Below, piece after piece: positions 20,852 through 31,964 of a stretch of DNA of 64,000 nt (the first letter of the stretch is position 1; every line of letters starts with the position of its first letter). The notes under the pieces are model-generated. The model was not told the DNA's origin, ran no database searches, and saw only the letters and a program-made list of their open reading frames with translations. A program made the translations under genes and the position numbers. Origin of the DNA: Candidatus Poribacteria bacterium. Its GTDB lineage: Bacteria > Poribacteria > WGA-4E > PCPOR2b. The stretch is taken from assembly GCA_965208675.1 (NCBI GenBank), contig OZ242351.1, positions 3,840,001 to 3,904,000 on the forward strand. Reading direction: 5' to 3'.

Positions 20852-21121
20852 TTACACTATCGCTCGTGGTGGTGTAGTGATATTCTGGTAAAGGGTCAGA
20901 GTTTTCTCTTTGGATACGGTGCCGGACGGCAACTTTAGCACTTCATATAAAGACGGTTCCTTTTCGCCTATCCTAATCGAAAGAATATCGCCTACAACGA
21001 GAGTTTTTCCGGCTTTGGCTTTATGGCCATTCACACGAACCCGACCATGCTGACATAGTGTTGCCGCAACAGCACGGCGTTTAATGATGCGGCTCACCTG
21101 TAGAAACTTGTCTAGACGCAT
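20852..21121 (-). CDS. S4-domain RNA-binding protein (YabO/RqcP/Hsp15-like)
   Basis: MRLDKFLQVSRIIKRR...GRV.VNG..AK; overlaps the lon 3' end. Confidence 0.88.
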   Translation of the reverse strand: MRLDKFLQVSRIIKRRAVAATLCQHGRVRVNGHKAKAGKTLVVGDILSIRIGEKEPSLYEVLKLPSGTVSKEKTLTLYQNITTPPRAIV

Positions 21122-23531
21122 CGGTATTCCTCAAAGCCAAATCTAGGGGTGCCGTTTGTTCATGCGCATCGGTGTGCTTCAAGGCAACATCTAATACTTC
21201 CATCATGCCGTCAACCTTGTAAAAATGGATGCTGTCCCTAATTTCATCGGGAATTTCAGGGAGATCTTTGTCATTATCTTCAGGGATAATGATACTAGTT
21301 ATGCTATTTCTGTGGGCTGCCAGAACTTTTTCCTTCAATCCCCCGATTGGCAGGACGCGTCCGCGCAACGTAATCTCACCGGTCATCGCAACATCTTTCC
21401 GCACCTCTTTACCGGTCAGTGCAGATATCATCGCAGTGGCAAGCGTAATTCCCGCCGAAGGCCCCTCTTTAGGAACTGCCCCTTCAGGAACGTGAATGTG
21501 GATGTCATTTTTCTCGAAATCAAAATCCGGAGGCACATCGAGCGATTCTGCGAACGATCGAATAAAAGCCAGCGCAGTTTGTGCTGACTCCCGCATAACG
21601 TCCCCAAGCTGACCCGTCAATGCCAATTCACCATCTCCGCGCATGGTAGTAACTTCAATGCCAATGATATCCCCGCCTACAGGTGTGTAGACCATCCCGG
21701 TTGCAACGCCAACTTCGTCGCGTTCTTCGGCTTTTCCACGCGTAAATTTTGGCGGCCCCAAATACTCGCTGAGATTATCAACTTCGATTTGGACATTCGC
21801 GTTCTTATTTCCATCTTTTACAATTTGCTTAGCAACTTTGCGGCAGATGCTCGTGATTTCCCGTTCCAAATTTCGAACACCAGCTTCGCGCGTATATTTA
21901 TTTATAGTGCCCAAAATGGATTTATCCGAGAATTGAATGGATTTCTCCTTCAGACCGTGGGCTTTGAGCTGTTTCGGAACGAGGAACAGATTGGCAATTT
22001 TGTGTTTTTCATATTCCGTGTATCCAGGTAACTCAATGATTTCCATACGGTCCTGCAACGGCGCTGGAATGGTCACTCGTGTGTTAGCCGTCGTGATAAA
22101 CATCACATCGGATAGGTCGAATTTAACATCAAGATAGTGATCACGAAAGGTATCGTTCTGTTCAGGGTCAAATACTTCCAAAAGTGCAGAAGCCGGATCG
22201 CCGCGAAAGTCCATGCTCATTTTGTCGATTTCATCCAAAAGAAAAAGCGGATTTCTTGATTTGGCATCCCGCAGACCTTGAACAACTCTACCGGGTAAAG
22301 CGCCGATATATGTCCGGCGGTGTCCACGAATTTCGGCTTCGTCACGTACCCCGCCTAAGGACATACGGATAAAATTCCGGTCTGTCGCGCGGGCGATTGA
22401 TTTTCCTAACGACGTTTTGCCAACACCGGGCGGTCCGACAAAACAGAGGATTGGTCCTTTGAGTTTATCCACTAATTTGAGAACAGCGAGATATTCAAGG
22501 ATTCGTTCTTTGGGTTTTTGGAGGCCGTAATGATCTTCTTCCAATATCTGCTCTGCTTCATCAATACCGATTTTTCCTTCGGTTCGTATACTCCAAGGCA
22601 TTGCCAGAAGCCAGTCGATATAAGTTCGGATGACACCAGCTTCGGCGGACATCGGCGGCACCTGTTGAAGCCGATCGACCTCCTTCATTGCTTTCTCCTC
22701 GGCCTCTTCGTTCATGCCAGCTTCCTTTATCTGTTCGCGCAGTTCTTCGATTTCAGCAAGATCGTCTCCGCCTCTGCCAAGTTCTTTTTGGATAGCCTTC
22801 ATTTTCTCGTGGAGGTAGAACTCACGATGGGTTTTTTCAACCGATTTTCGCACTTGATGATTGAGTTTTTCTTCCAGTTCAATTAAATCTAATTCTTCGT
22901 CAAGAAGTTCGATGACCACCTGCAAGCGTTTAATTGGATTAGTCTCGTCCAAGATTCGTTGTAATTTCTCTGACTCCACGTTGGTGCTAACGTACATAGC
23001 AATTGAATCTGCAAGATTTCCAGGTTCCTCTTCTTTTCGAATTACAATCAAAGATTCAGATGAGATTTGCTGCCGGTTTGCCTTGATGTATTTTTCGAAC
23101 GTCTTTATCGCTATTTGCATCAGCGATTTTGCCTCTTTCGACTTATCCGACGCCTCAGGTATAATTTTGACTTCCGCCTGGAGAAATCCATCATTTTCAA
23201 AGCACTTAAGAACAATTGCCCGACACTCTCCGACGATGGTAAGCCGAATTGTTCCATCTTGGGGGTCGTATGATTCAGCGATGCTTACAACAGTTCCGAC
23301 GCGATAAAAATCTTCTGGCTGAGGTTCTTCTTTTTCCTTGTCCTTCTGATTGAGTAAAAGTACCAACGAACCTGTATGCAAAGCATAGGTTGCGGCCAAG
23401 ACTCCCATTTTTCGAATCACAACGAGCGGTTGCTTATGTCGTGGAAAAATGACACCTTTACCGGGTAAAGGAATTACCGGTAGGATTCCTCCATCATCAA
23501 TCTGACGGTTTGCGCTTGGATTCGGATCCAT
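21081..23531 (-). CDS. lon: ATP-dependent protease La
   Basis: GPPGVGKTS, DEAEIRGHRRTY, catalytic PKEGPSAG, IGGLKEK. Confidence 0.97.
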   Translation of the reverse strand: MDPNPSANRQIDDGGILPVIPLPGKGVIFPRHKQPLVVIRKMGVLAATYALHTGSLVLLLNQKDKEKEEPQPEDFYRVGTVVSIAESYDPQDGTIRLTIVGECRAIVLKCFENDGFLQAEVKIIPEASDKSKEAKSLMQIAIKTFEKYIKANRQQISSESLIVIRKEEEPGNLADSIAMYVSTNVESEKLQRILDETNPIKRLQVVIELLDEELDLIELEEKLNHQVRKSVEKTHREFYLHEKMKAIQKELGRGGDDLAEIEELREQIKEAGMNEEAEEKAMKEVDRLQQVPPMSAEAGVIRTYIDWLLAMPWSIRTEGKIGIDEAEQILEEDHYGLQKPKERILEYLAVLKLVDKLKGPILCFVGPPGVGKTSLGKSIARATDRNFIRMSLGGVRDEAEIRGHRRTYIGALPGRVVQGLRDAKSRNPLFLLDEIDKMSMDFRGDPASALLEVFDPEQNDTFRDHYLDVKFDLSDVMFITTANTRVTIPAPLQDRMEIIELPGYTEYEKHKIANLFLVPKQLKAHGLKEKSIQFSDKSILGTINKYTREAGVRNLEREITSICRKVAKQIVKDGNKNANVQIEVDNLSEYLGPPKFTRGKAEERDEVGVATGMVYTPVGGDIIGIEVTTMRGDGELALTGQLGDVMRESAQTALAFIRSFAESLDVPPDFDFEKNDIHIHVPEGAVPKEGPSAGITLATAMISALTGKEVRKDVAMTGEITLRGRVLPIGGLKEKVLAAHRNSITSIIIPEDNDKDLPEIPDEIRDSIHFYKVDGMMEVLDVALKHTDAHEQTAPLDLALRNTDASRQVSTGEPHH

Positions 23532-23570
23532 ACTTTATGATTCCTTGTCAATTATAAATTGTTCGTTGCA

Positions 23571-24839
23571 TTATGCAGTCAAAGCCTTCCGCTCATCCTC
23601 ATAAACTAACAAAGGCGGTTCGCCCTTCAAGACAGAATCTGCTGTGATAATACATTCTCGAACACCTTTCAGGGCTGGAATTTCATACATCGTATCTAAC
23701 ATAATATTTTCCATTATTGCCCTCAATCCCCTTGCGCCCGTCTCCCGCTTAATTACCTCTTGAGCGATGGCGGCAAGCCCTTCCTCGGTTACCTGAAGGT
23801 TTACGTCTTCATAGCTAAATAGATGACTGTACTGTTTTACGACGGCATTTTGGGGTTCAGTTAATATTTGAATCAATGCAGTTTCGTCTAACTCGTGAAG
23901 TGTTGCAGTTATGGGTAGGCGCCCGATGAACTCTGGAATAAAACCAAATTTTATCAGATCCTTGGAGTTCGCTTGCTCAAGCAGTACATGAATTTTGCAA
24001 TCGTTCTTCGCTTGGACTTCTGACCCAAAGCCCATCATTTGCTTACCGATACGCTCTTGGACTATTTTGTCGAGTCCAATGAACGTGCCGCCGCATATAA
24101 ATAGGATTTTCGAAGTATCCACTTCAATATATTCTTGGTGCGGATGTTTTCGCCCTCCTTGTGGCGGCACATTTGCTGTTTTGCCTTCCAAGATTTTCAA
24201 TAATGCTTGTTGGACTCCTTCGCCTGAAACATCTCGCGTAATGGAAGGATTTTCAAATTTTCGACTTATCTTATCAATCTCGTCGATGTAAATTATTCCA
24301 GTTTCTGCTCGCTCAACATCGCCGTCGGATGCCTGAAGCAGTTTCAAGACAATGTTCTCAACATCCTCTCCGACGTAACCCGCCTCGGTCAAGGTTGTTG
24401 CGTCAGTAATGGCGAAAGGCACATTCAAAATTCGAGCTAACGTTCGGGCTAGGAGAGTCTTCCCCGTTCCAGTAGGCCCCATCAGTAAAATATTGCTTTT
24501 GTCTAAATCGACGCCAACTGGATTTTTTTCAAATTTCAATCTTTTGTAGTGATTATAAACAGCAACAGCTAAGATTTTTTTTGCCGTTTCTTGACCGATT
24601 ACATATTCGTCAAGTTTTGATTTAATTTCAGACGGGTGAGGGAGAGAAAATCCATCGGAAAGCGCTGAAAATTCATCCGTATGTTCTTCTTCACCGTCAT
24701 CTCTGATAATATCATGACATACCTCGACACATTCGTCACAAATGTATACTGTGTTTAAGCCTACAATCAGCCGCCTTACCTCATCTTTACTTTTGTTGCA
24801 AAAAGAACACCGTAAATTGTCTTCACGATTACCGGACAT
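23571..24839 (-). CDS. clpX: ATP-dependent Clp protease ATP-binding subunit
   Basis: Zn-finger [27 protein letters not shown] loop. Confidence 0.97.
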   Translation of the reverse strand: MSGNREDNLRCSFCNKSKDEVRRLIVGLNTVYICDECVEVCHDIIRDDGEEEHTDEFSALSDGFSLPHPSEIKSKLDEYVIGQETAKKILAVAVYNHYKRLKFEKNPVGVDLDKSNILLMGPTGTGKTLLARTLARILNVPFAITDATTLTEAGYVGEDVENIVLKLLQASDGDVERAETGIIYIDEIDKISRKFENPSITRDVSGEGVQQALLKILEGKTANVPPQGGRKHPHQEYIEVDTSKILFICGGTFIGLDKIVQERIGKQMMGFGSEVQAKNDCKIHVLLEQANSKDLIKFGFIPEFIGRLPITATLHELDETALIQILTEPQNAVVKQYSHLFSYEDVNLQVTEEGLAAIAQEVIKRETGARGLRAIMENIMLDTMYEIPALKGVRECIITADSVLKGEPPLLVYEDERKALTA

Positions 24840-25081
24840 AAGTTTCTCCAAGAGGTGGTAACTTGTACAAAAGGGGACGACTCACGTCAAACATTAAAAA
24901 TAGGAGAGGTTTGGTGCGGTTGAGCGGGTAAGTTTCCTGCCCAACCTACAGAAATTGTACCAGGCGGAGACCCCAATCCTTCACTGACATAGCACACGTT
25001 TTTAACATGAGTCAAGAAATTATAGAAAACAACTTCAGTAACCAACAGAGTCAGGTCAAGCAGCGAAACCGCTGTCACATC

Positions 25082-25696
25082 TCACTCTTCACCTTTCTGT
25101 GCCTCAGGTATTCGGCGAGAAACGACGTTGTCTACGATACCGTATTTTAACGCATATTCGGCGGTCATGAAAAAATCACGGTCCGCATCTGCTTGAATCT
25201 TGTCGTCGGATTGCCCCGTATGTTCCGCTAAAATAGCGTACAACTCTTTCCGAATGCGCAGTATTTCTTTCGCGTGAATATCAATATCGGAAGCCTGTCC
25301 ACCGACGCCGCTTATAATGGGTTGGTGAATTAAAACTGTGGAATGAGGAAGCGCATACCGTTTACCTGCCGCACCGCCAGCTAGGAGAATAGCTCCCATG
25401 CTGTAGGCTTGACCCACGCACCATGTCTGAATATCAGGTTTGATATATTGCATGGTGTCGTAAATAGCTAATCCCGATGAAACAGAGCCCCCAATCGTGT
25501 TCACATAAAGTACGATGTCCGCATCCGGATTGTCACTCTCCAAAAATAGCATCTGGGCAATGATGCTATTTGCAACGGCGTCATCAATCGCCGATCCAAC
25601 CATTATAATGCGGTCTTTAAGCAACCGTGAGTAAATATCATAGGATCGTTCACCACGACTGGTTTGTTCCACCACAATCGGGACAAGGTTCATCAA
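25082..25696 (-). CDS. clpP: ATP-dependent Clp protease proteolytic subunit
   Basis: [32 protein letters not shown]. Confidence 0.97.
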   Translation of the reverse strand: MMNLVPIVVEQTSRGERSYDIYSRLLKDRIIMVGSAIDDAVANSIIAQMLFLESDNPDADIVLYVNTIGGSVSSGLAIYDTMQYIKPDIQTWCVGQAYSMGAILLAGGAAGKRYALPHSTVLIHQPIISGVGGQASDIDIHAKEILRIRKELYAILAEHTGQSDDKIQADADRDFFMTAEYALKYGIVDNVVSRRIPEAQKGEE

Positions 25697-25738
25697 AACT
25701 CCCCATAATACAGGATACGGAATAGCACTCGAATAATA

Positions 25739-27046
25739 CTATGAAGGGATAATCAAGGACTGCTTCTCGGCAGCCTTCTGAATAAGGAATGTATATATTT
25801 TTTCATTCCGGAGATGTTCTCTGAATTCTTCCAATCGATTGCTCGCCTTCAGCAAGCTAGCGTATTTTTGAGGGTCGCGGTTTTGGCTTTCCGCAATACG
25901 CCGTATTTCTATGTCTAATTCATCGTCCGTCACACTGATATTTTCTTCTTCAGCAATAGTGTCAAAAATCCACGCCTGTTTTATTTGCCGAATCGCATCC
26001 GCACGAAGCTCCGATGGCAGTTTTTCCAAATCTACGCCCGCCTGCTCTGGTGTTTTACCTTGAGTTTCCAATTGCCCTTGAATGTTCTGTGTCATCTGCT
26101 GTACGTGCCGATCGATTAATGATTCAGGGGGATTAATCTCAGTTTTCTCAATTAACTGCTGAAGCACCTCCTCCCGTTGGCTTTGGTTTATTATACCTTT
26201 CTGTTCTTCTACAAGGTTGTTCCATATCGCGCCATAGAGTTGGTCATAATTTTCATACTCCAAATCTTTCGCGAATTCGTCATCAAGCGCGGGAAGCTGC
26301 TTTTCTGTAAGTGCATGCAACGTCAAATGAAACACGGCTCGTTTGCCAGCGAGTTCCGAATTTGCCGCAGTTTGCTCAAAGTCAACCTCGATTTTCTTGG
26401 AACTTCCAATAGACATTCCGATGAGTGCTTCTTCTATTTTCGGCAGGAGGGTTCCCTGTCCAATTTCAACATCCACATCTTGCTTGCTACCATCTTTAAT
26501 AAGTTGATTGTCAACAAAACATTCCCAGTCAATCCTGACAGAATCCCCTTGCTGCGCGGGCCGATTTTCCTCTAGCGGCACAAAGGTAGCGTGCTGCGCT
26601 TGTAATGTTTGGATATACTCCTCAACTTCATCTCGCGGGACATTCGCGGGAGTTTTATCTATCGCTAACTCTTCGTATTTAGGAAGGGCGAGATCGGGTT
26701 GAATTTCAATCGTGGCTTCAAAAACAATCGGCTTACCCTCCTCAATCTCTATTTGATCTAGCGGCGGGGAAATTTCGGGGTTGTTAAGAGGGATAAGCTT
26801 CTCAGAGTCTAACGCATGTTCGTAGGCGGGCGGGACAAGATTTTGAAGGGATTCAGATTTTATATATTCGGCAAAACGCGCTTTTAGGATGCTAGAGGGT
26901 ACCCTTCCTTTCCGAAAACCGGGAACAGAAACTCTCGTCCGTAACGCTCGATAAGTGCGCTCAAGTTCTTCATTGACCTCTTCAGCGGAAATTTCTATCC
27001 GCAGGCACATTTGATTATTTCCCAGCTTTTCTGCGGCAACCTTCAA
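25739..27046 (-). CDS. tig: Trigger factor
   Basis: PGFRKGRVP ribosome-binding signature, FKBP domain, canonical tig-clpP-clpX-lon order. Confidence 0.95.
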   Translation of the reverse strand: MKVAAEKLGNNQMCLRIEISAEEVNEELERTYRALRTRVSVPGFRKGRVPSSILKARFAEYIKSESLQNLVPPAYEHALDSEKLIPLNNPEISPPLDQIEIEEGKPIVFEATIEIQPDLALPKYEELAIDKTPANVPRDEVEEYIQTLQAQHATFVPLEENRPAQQGDSVRIDWECFVDNQLIKDGSKQDVDVEIGQGTLLPKIEEALIGMSIGSSKKIEVDFEQTAANSELAGKRAVFHLTLHALTEKQLPALDDEFAKDLEYENYDQLYGAIWNNLVEEQKGIINQSQREEVLQQLIEKTEINPPESLIDRHVQQMTQNIQGQLETQGKTPEQAGVDLEKLPSELRADAIRQIKQAWIFDTIAEEENISVTDDELDIEIRRIAESQNRDPQKYASLLKASNRLEEFREHLRNEKIYTFLIQKAAEKQSLIIPS

Positions 27047-27083
27047 CTAAATCTCCAGCCTATATCCTTAAAGATGTGAGCGA

Positions 27084-27167
27084 TGGGCGAGGAGGGACTC
27101 GAACCCTCACGGGAAAAATCCCAATAGATCCTAAGTCTATCTTGTCTGCCAATTTCAACACCCGCCC
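27084..27167 (-). tRNA. tRNA-Leu(TAG)
   Basis: Cloverleaf, anticodon arm ATAGA-CTTAGGA-TCTAT, long variable arm, GGTTCGAGTCC. Confidence 0.93.
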
Positions 27168-27174
27168 ATACTCG

Positions 27175-27250
27175 TGGTGCGCCGTGAAGGAATCGAACCT
27201 TCAACCGCCTGATTAAGAGTCAGATGCTCTGCCAATTGAGCTAACGGCGC
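27175..27250 (-). tRNA. tRNA-Lys(CTT)
   Basis: Anticodon loop CTCTTAA, GGTTCGATTCC, encoded CCA. Confidence 0.95.
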
Positions 27251-27261
27251 AAAGACGACAA

Positions 27262-27336
27262 TGCGCCCAGAGGGACTCGAACCCCCAACCTATAGATCCG
27301 AAGTCTATCGCTCTATCCAAATTGAACTACGGACGC
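27262..27336 (-). tRNA. tRNA-Arg(TCG)
   Basis: Anticodon arm ATAGA-CTTCGGA-TCTAT, GGTTCGAGTCC. Confidence 0.93.
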
Positions 27337-27396
27337 TTTTCACTAAATTGAAAATCAGCAGACTGCGTTCTATTTTCAATTTTCAAAAGAAAAAAT

Positions 27397-27473
27397 TGGG
27401 GTGGATGATGGGATTTGAACCCACGACCACTTGATCCACAGTCAAGTGCTCTACCGACTGAGCTACATCCACC
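27397..27473 (-). tRNA. tRNA-His(GTG)
   Basis: Anticodon loop CTGTGGA, G-1, encoded CCA. Confidence 0.95.
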
Positions 27474-27480
27474 ATCATCA

Positions 27481-27557
27481 TGGCACGCCCGGCAGGATTC
27501 GAACCCGCGACCTACTGATTAGAAGTCAGTTGCTCTATCCAACTGAGCTACGGGCGC
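27481..27557 (-). tRNA. tRNA-Arg(TCT)
   Basis: Anticodon loop CTTCTAA, GGTTCGAATCC, encoded CCA. Confidence 0.95.
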
Positions 27558-27670
27558 AAAAACGTTAACACTATAGATGGGTAGGTTTGAGCACGCTTTT
27601 CAAACGTGTTTGCCGTTAAGCGCACCAGCCCGAAAATTCAAATGCCCCGCATTTATTTTCGATTTATTAA

Positions 27671-27745
27671 TCGGGGCGAGAGGATTTGAACCTCCGACCT
27701 TCTGCTCCCAAAGCAGACGCGCTTGCCGGGCTGCGCTACGCCCCG
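27671..27745 (-). tRNA. tRNA-Pro(TGG)
   Basis: CGGGGCG acceptor stem, anticodon loop TTTGGGA, GGTTCAAATCC. Confidence 0.95.
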
Positions 27746-27762
27746 ATGCCAAAAGCAGACTA

Positions 27763-27791
27763 AATATACCACATTTTGTAGGTAGTTGCAA
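27763..27791 (-). promoter_or_regulatory. Promoter of the tRNA cluster (and possibly the tig operon)
   Basis: TTGCAA-17 nt-TATATT with TG extension, just upstream of tRNA-Pro. Confidence 0.6.
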
Positions 27792-28170
27792 GCCAAAATT
27801 CAGCATGGCAGTGATGTTCAATATCTCCGCGGAATGCTGCCGGCACAGTGACAGGGTTAGTATTAGATTCAGATGGCGGTTTGAGAAAAAGTTTGTTAAA
27901 ATGCAACTTTTGAAGGGCGGGCATCGAAAAGTCGTGACAATCGTTGAATCCAAATTGTGTCGCTAGCACGAAGGTTTCTATGTACGCTTTCGGCTACACG
28001 ACAGACTACAACACCCCAATCTATAGTCAATTCGGTTCATATTTACGCCTATTGCGGCAAGTTTGGTTTCCCGCCGTACCTTCTGACTAGATAAATACCG
28101 GTTCGTTTAGGAAACCGAACCTACCGCAGTGAATGGCAAATTTTTGGTCGTTCTGTAGAAATTTAAGATT

Positions 28171-29046
28171 ATGCCACTTTTAGATAATAAATTCCTCAAA
28201 CAACTTGATCGTCTACAATTTCGCTGTAACGAGATATTCCGGGGTAGGTTTAAAGGTGAACGGCGAAGCCTCAATCGTGGTGTCGGCATAGAGTTTTCGG
28301 ATTACCGTCCCTATGAACTTGGCGACGATTTGCGGCATATTGACTGGAATGTTTATGCTCGGTTGAATCTGCCCTTTATAAAATTGTTCAGCGCTGACGA
28401 AGACCTTTCAATCTTCATATTTGTTGATAATAGTAAGTCAATGAGTTTTGGGACTCCGGCAAAATTGGAATGTGCTAAACGCATTGCAGCCGCTTTTAGT
28501 TATATCGGTTTGGCAAATTTTGATAGAGTTTCCATCATTACTCTCTCTGATCAGGTGATTCCAATTGTACCACTCACATACGGGAAAAGCCAATTCCCGA
28601 AGGTTTCCAGATCGATTGGAGCAATAACCGCAGCGCATGAAACCCATTTGGGGTCCTGTTTGACACACTTTGCCGCTAGTGCAAGACAATCTGGCGCGGC
28701 GATCGTCATCTCAGATTTTTTGGACACAGATGGTTATGAACTAGGACTCAAGCAGCTCAAATCTCGAAAATTCGATTTGACCGTCATTCAACTGCTGAGT
28801 GATGAGGAGTTGCGCCCAAGGCTTTCAGGTGAATTGCGGCTAGAAGATGCAGAATCTGGTAAGAAAAAAGGACTTACAGTCAGCGATCGAGCGCTAGCTA
28901 ACTACAGGGAGCGGGTGGACGCATTTTGCGATGGCTTGAAAGGTTTCTGTCTGAACCAGGGAATTACGTATATTAAGATTGACAATCGTGTGCCGATTGA
29001 GGAATTCTTCTTACAGAATCTGCACAAAACCGGTTTGATTTTGTGA
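28171..29046 (+). CDS. DUF58 (MoxR-associated vWA-like) protein
   Basis: G.GIEFSDYRPYE.GDDLRHIDWN, D.S.SM, VISDF. Confidence 0.9.
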   Translation: MPLLDNKFLKQLDRLQFRCNEIFRGRFKGERRSLNRGVGIEFSDYRPYELGDDLRHIDWNVYARLNLPFIKLFSADEDLSIFIFVDNSKSMSFGTPAKLECAKRIAAAFSYIGLANFDRVSIITLSDQVIPIVPLTYGKSQFPKVSRSIGAITAAHETHLGSCLTHFAASARQSGAAIVISDFLDTDGYELGLKQLKSRKFDLTVIQLLSDEELRPRLSGELRLEDAESGKKKGLTVSDRALANYRERVDAFCDGLKGFCLNQGITYIKIDNRVPIEEFFLQNLHKTGLIL

Positions 29047-29110
29047 ACGGAGTTTTAAACCCAGTGCCGATTATCACTTTTCTTTGGCGAGAATCGTTGA
29101 CATTGGGAAA

Positions 29111-29575
29111 TTATGTTGTCAATCTATGGAGAATTGGCTCCTCTATACGCTGATATTCAAAGAGTTCGCTTGAATCGAATAGAACCTCCAACTCCCGCTG
29201 AGCATTTTTCGGTGAATCAGAGGCGTGCACGATATTATGGGTGACATCAATTGAGAAATCGCCTCGGATGCTGCCTGGCTCGGATTCGGTAGGGTCGGTT
29301 GCACCGTTGAGCAAACGGACAAGCTCAATTGCGTTTCTTCCTTGGAGAGCGATGGCAACAATCGGCGTTGAAGTCATGAATTGGATTAGATAGCTATAAA
29401 ACGCCTTCCCCTGATGCGGGAAATAGAGTTCTTCTGCTTTGTGAAAGGGGAGTTGAAGTAATTTCAGACCGACTAATTTAAGACCTTTGCGTTCAAATCT
29501 ACCAATAATTTCGCCGATTAAACCTCGCTGAACGCCATCGGGTTTAATCAGTACCAGTGTTTTTTCTTGCTCCAT
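29111..29575 (-). CDS. ndk: Nucleoside diphosphate kinase
   Basis: IKPDGVQRGLIGEII.RFE, PGSIRGD, NIVHASDS. Confidence 0.97.
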   Translation of the reverse strand: MEQEKTLVLIKPDGVQRGLIGEIIGRFERKGLKLVGLKLLQLPFHKAEELYFPHQGKAFYSYLIQFMTSTPIVAIALQGRNAIELVRLLNGATDPTESEPGSIRGDFSIDVTHNIVHASDSPKNAQRELEVLFDSSELFEYQRIEEPILHRLTT

Positions 29576-29607
29576 TTGACCTTCTATCTGCGTAATTCAT
29601 GTCTATA

Positions 29608-30798
29608 TTATCTTCCTAGACCGCTCCTAATTCGATCTAGGCCGCGATTGATATCTTCGAGCGATGCCGCGAATGAAAAACGTAGGTGTTTGTCCGCGCC
29701 AAATCCGTTTCCCGGCACGACACCCACCTTCGCATCCTCAAGCAGATATGCTGCCATGTCCATAGAACCGTGGATAGTTTTTCCGTGAATTGTGCGCCCG
29801 TAATGCGCGGAGAAATCCGGGAAGATATAAAACGCGCCTTGCGGCTTGACGTAGGTAATGCCTTCAATTTCATCGAAGCGTTGAGAAATCACATCCCGCC
29901 GCTCCTCGAAAGCCTGCCGCATCTCCTCCACCGCCTTTTGCGATCCAGTAATTGCCGCGTAGGCGGCTTTCTGCGCAATTGAGGTCGGATTTGAGGTGCT
30001 ATGAGACTGGATGCGTGACATTGCGCTAATGGCTTTTTCGGGTCCGGCTGTATACCCAATCCGCCACCCTGTCATCGAATATGCTTTGGATACCCCGTTG
30101 ACAACAAAGGTAATTTCCTGAATTTCATCGCTAAGTGACGCTATACTTTGATGCTTCAGATTGTCGTATAACAGGGATTCGTAGATTTCATCGGAGATAA
30201 CGTAACTGCGGTGTTTAACCGCAATCTCAGCAATCTGTCGGAGCGTTTCTGTATCGTAGATGGTACCCGTAGGGTTGCTGGGGCTGTTGATAATTATCGC
30301 TTTTGTGTTATTCGTGATTGCCTTTTCAATCTGTTCCGGGCTCATACAGAAGTTTTGCGCGGCGGAGGTCTCAATAACAACGGGACTTCCATCGGCTAGC
30401 GTCACGATTTCAGGGTAGCTAACCCAGTATGGTGCGGCGAAAATGACTTCATCACCAGGGTTGCAAATTGCTTGTAGAATGTTATAGATTGAATGCTTTG
30501 CACCGCAGGAAACGATAATCTGCGACGGTTTATACGTTAACCCGTTGTCCTTTTTGAATTTCTCGACGATGGCTGCCTTTAGTTGCGGGGTGCCGGCCGC
30601 GGGGGTATATTTGGTAAAACCGTCGTGAATTGCAGCAATCGCTGCATCTTTAATATAGTCTGGCGTATCGAAGTCCGGCTCTCCGGCTCCAAATTTGACA
30701 ATATCAATGCCTTCTGCCAACATAGCGTTGATTTTCGCAGTAATTGCCAGCGTTGATGATGGTGCGACTTTTTCGCCCCGTTGAGCGAATGATAGCAT
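29608..30798 (-). CDS. PLP-dependent aminotransferase class I (aspartate aminotransferase-like)
   Basis: GEPDFDTP, NSPSNPTG, SDEIYE, SKAYSMTGWRIGY; ATG at 30798 after GGAGG. Confidence 0.92.
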   Translation of the reverse strand: MLSFAQRGEKVAPSSTLAITAKINAMLAEGIDIVKFGAGEPDFDTPDYIKDAAIAAIHDGFTKYTPAAGTPQLKAAIVEKFKKDNGLTYKPSQIIVSCGAKHSIYNILQAICNPGDEVIFAAPYWVSYPEIVTLADGSPVVIETSAAQNFCMSPEQIEKAITNNTKAIIINSPSNPTGTIYDTETLRQIAEIAVKHRSYVISDEIYESLLYDNLKHQSIASLSDEIQEITFVVNGVSKAYSMTGWRIGYTAGPEKAISAMSRIQSHSTSNPTSIAQKAAYAAITGSQKAVEEMRQAFEERRDVISQRFDEIEGITYVKPQGAFYIFPDFSAHYGRTIHGKTIHGSMDMAAYLLEDAKVGVVPGNGFGADKHLRFSFAASLEDINRGLDRIRSGLGR

Positions 30799-30915
30799 TA
30801 ACAGTACCCTCCTGAAATTTGATAACTGGTGATTGGCGGAGCGATTTCTCATCGTCCGTTCTGAAATGGTGAGTATAAGCCTCGCTCACTCAATCCTTCA
30901 CCATTCACTATATTG

Positions 30916-31779
30916 CTACATCTTCTTTTCGAATTCTCTCAACAATTCCTTCTGTTTTTTCGTCAGAGATCGGGGAATTTCAACTTTAATCTCCACCCGA
31001 AGATCGCCTTTACGCCCTGAAGCATCGTTAATGCCTCGCCCGCGCAATCTCAACTGTTGGTCGGGTTGTGTTCCCGGGGGAATCTTCAGTTCTACCTGTT
31101 CTCTCAGCATTGGGAGGCGAATTTTTCCTCCTAAAGCGGCAAGGGTGAAAGGCACTGTTATCTGAGTGACCAGATTCAGGTCTTCCCGCTTGAAATTTGA
31201 GTGGGGTTGGACCGAGATTTTTGCGTGCAGAGAACCGCGATTTCCGCCGTTTACGGATTTTCCTTGACCAGTGAGGCGAAGCGTTTGCCCATCTTTAATT
31301 CCCGCGGGGATCTTTAGTGTGATAGTGCGATTATCAACTCGAATCTGCTTCTCGGCACCGAATACGGACTCCTCAAAAGAAATTGTTAGTTTGGTTTGAA
31401 GGTCACCACCGGAACGCGTATGGATGCGCGAACCGCGCCGCGTAAACACATCGCCGAAAACATCGCCAAAATTGCCAAAAATTTCTTGGCCGAAAATATC
31501 TCCAAATTGAGAAAAAATGTCGTCGAAATTCGTGAACCCTTGAAATCCTGAATCGTGCACGCCAGCATGCCCGCGTATATCATAAATTTTCCGTTTTTCC
31601 GGATCTGACAGTACCTGATACGCATTGGAGGCTTCCTTGAATTTGTCCTCGGCATTTTTATCACCTGGATTTTTGTCCGGATGATATTTTACTGCCAATT
31701 TACGATATGCGCGTTTAATGTCTTCAGGGGAAGCCTTCTTACCGACACCAAGCACTTCATAATAATCCTTTTCTGGCAT
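30916..31779 (-). CDS. DnaJ-class chaperone without Zn finger (CbpA-like)
   Basis: J domain with HPD, G/F-rich region, DnaJ_C, no CxxCxGxG repeats. Confidence 0.9.
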   Translation of the reverse strand: MPEKDYYEVLGVGKKASPEDIKRAYRKLAVKYHPDKNPGDKNAEDKFKEASNAYQVLSDPEKRKIYDIRGHAGVHDSGFQGFTNFDDIFSQFGDIFGQEIFGNFGDVFGDVFTRRGSRIHTRSGGDLQTKLTISFEESVFGAEKQIRVDNRTITLKIPAGIKDGQTLRLTGQGKSVNGGNRGSLHAKISVQPHSNFKREDLNLVTQITVPFTLAALGGKIRLPMLREQVELKIPPGTQPDQQLRLRGRGINDASGRKGDLRVEIKVEIPRSLTKKQKELLREFEKKM

Positions 31780-31964
31780 CTCGCTTCCTCCTCATGCGAA
31801 TAGGTTGGACGAATTCGCGAATTTAGATGTCAAGCTGGCTATCAGAGATGGTGCGTTCAATTTTTCCGCGTTGCTACTCTATACAGTAACTGTCGAACAA
31901 TATTGTGCTTTTCGATTGACATCTCAGTAAAAACGGAATAAGTTATCATTGCGGCGCGGGAGGT

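Noticed and set aside
27084-27745. tRNA cluster as an island attachment site
   Set aside because: Flanked by core genes; no duplicated tRNA 3' end or integrase was seen.
27577-27969. ORFs overlapping tRNA-Pro
   Set aside because: They overlap a tRNA and its promoter and show no protein features.
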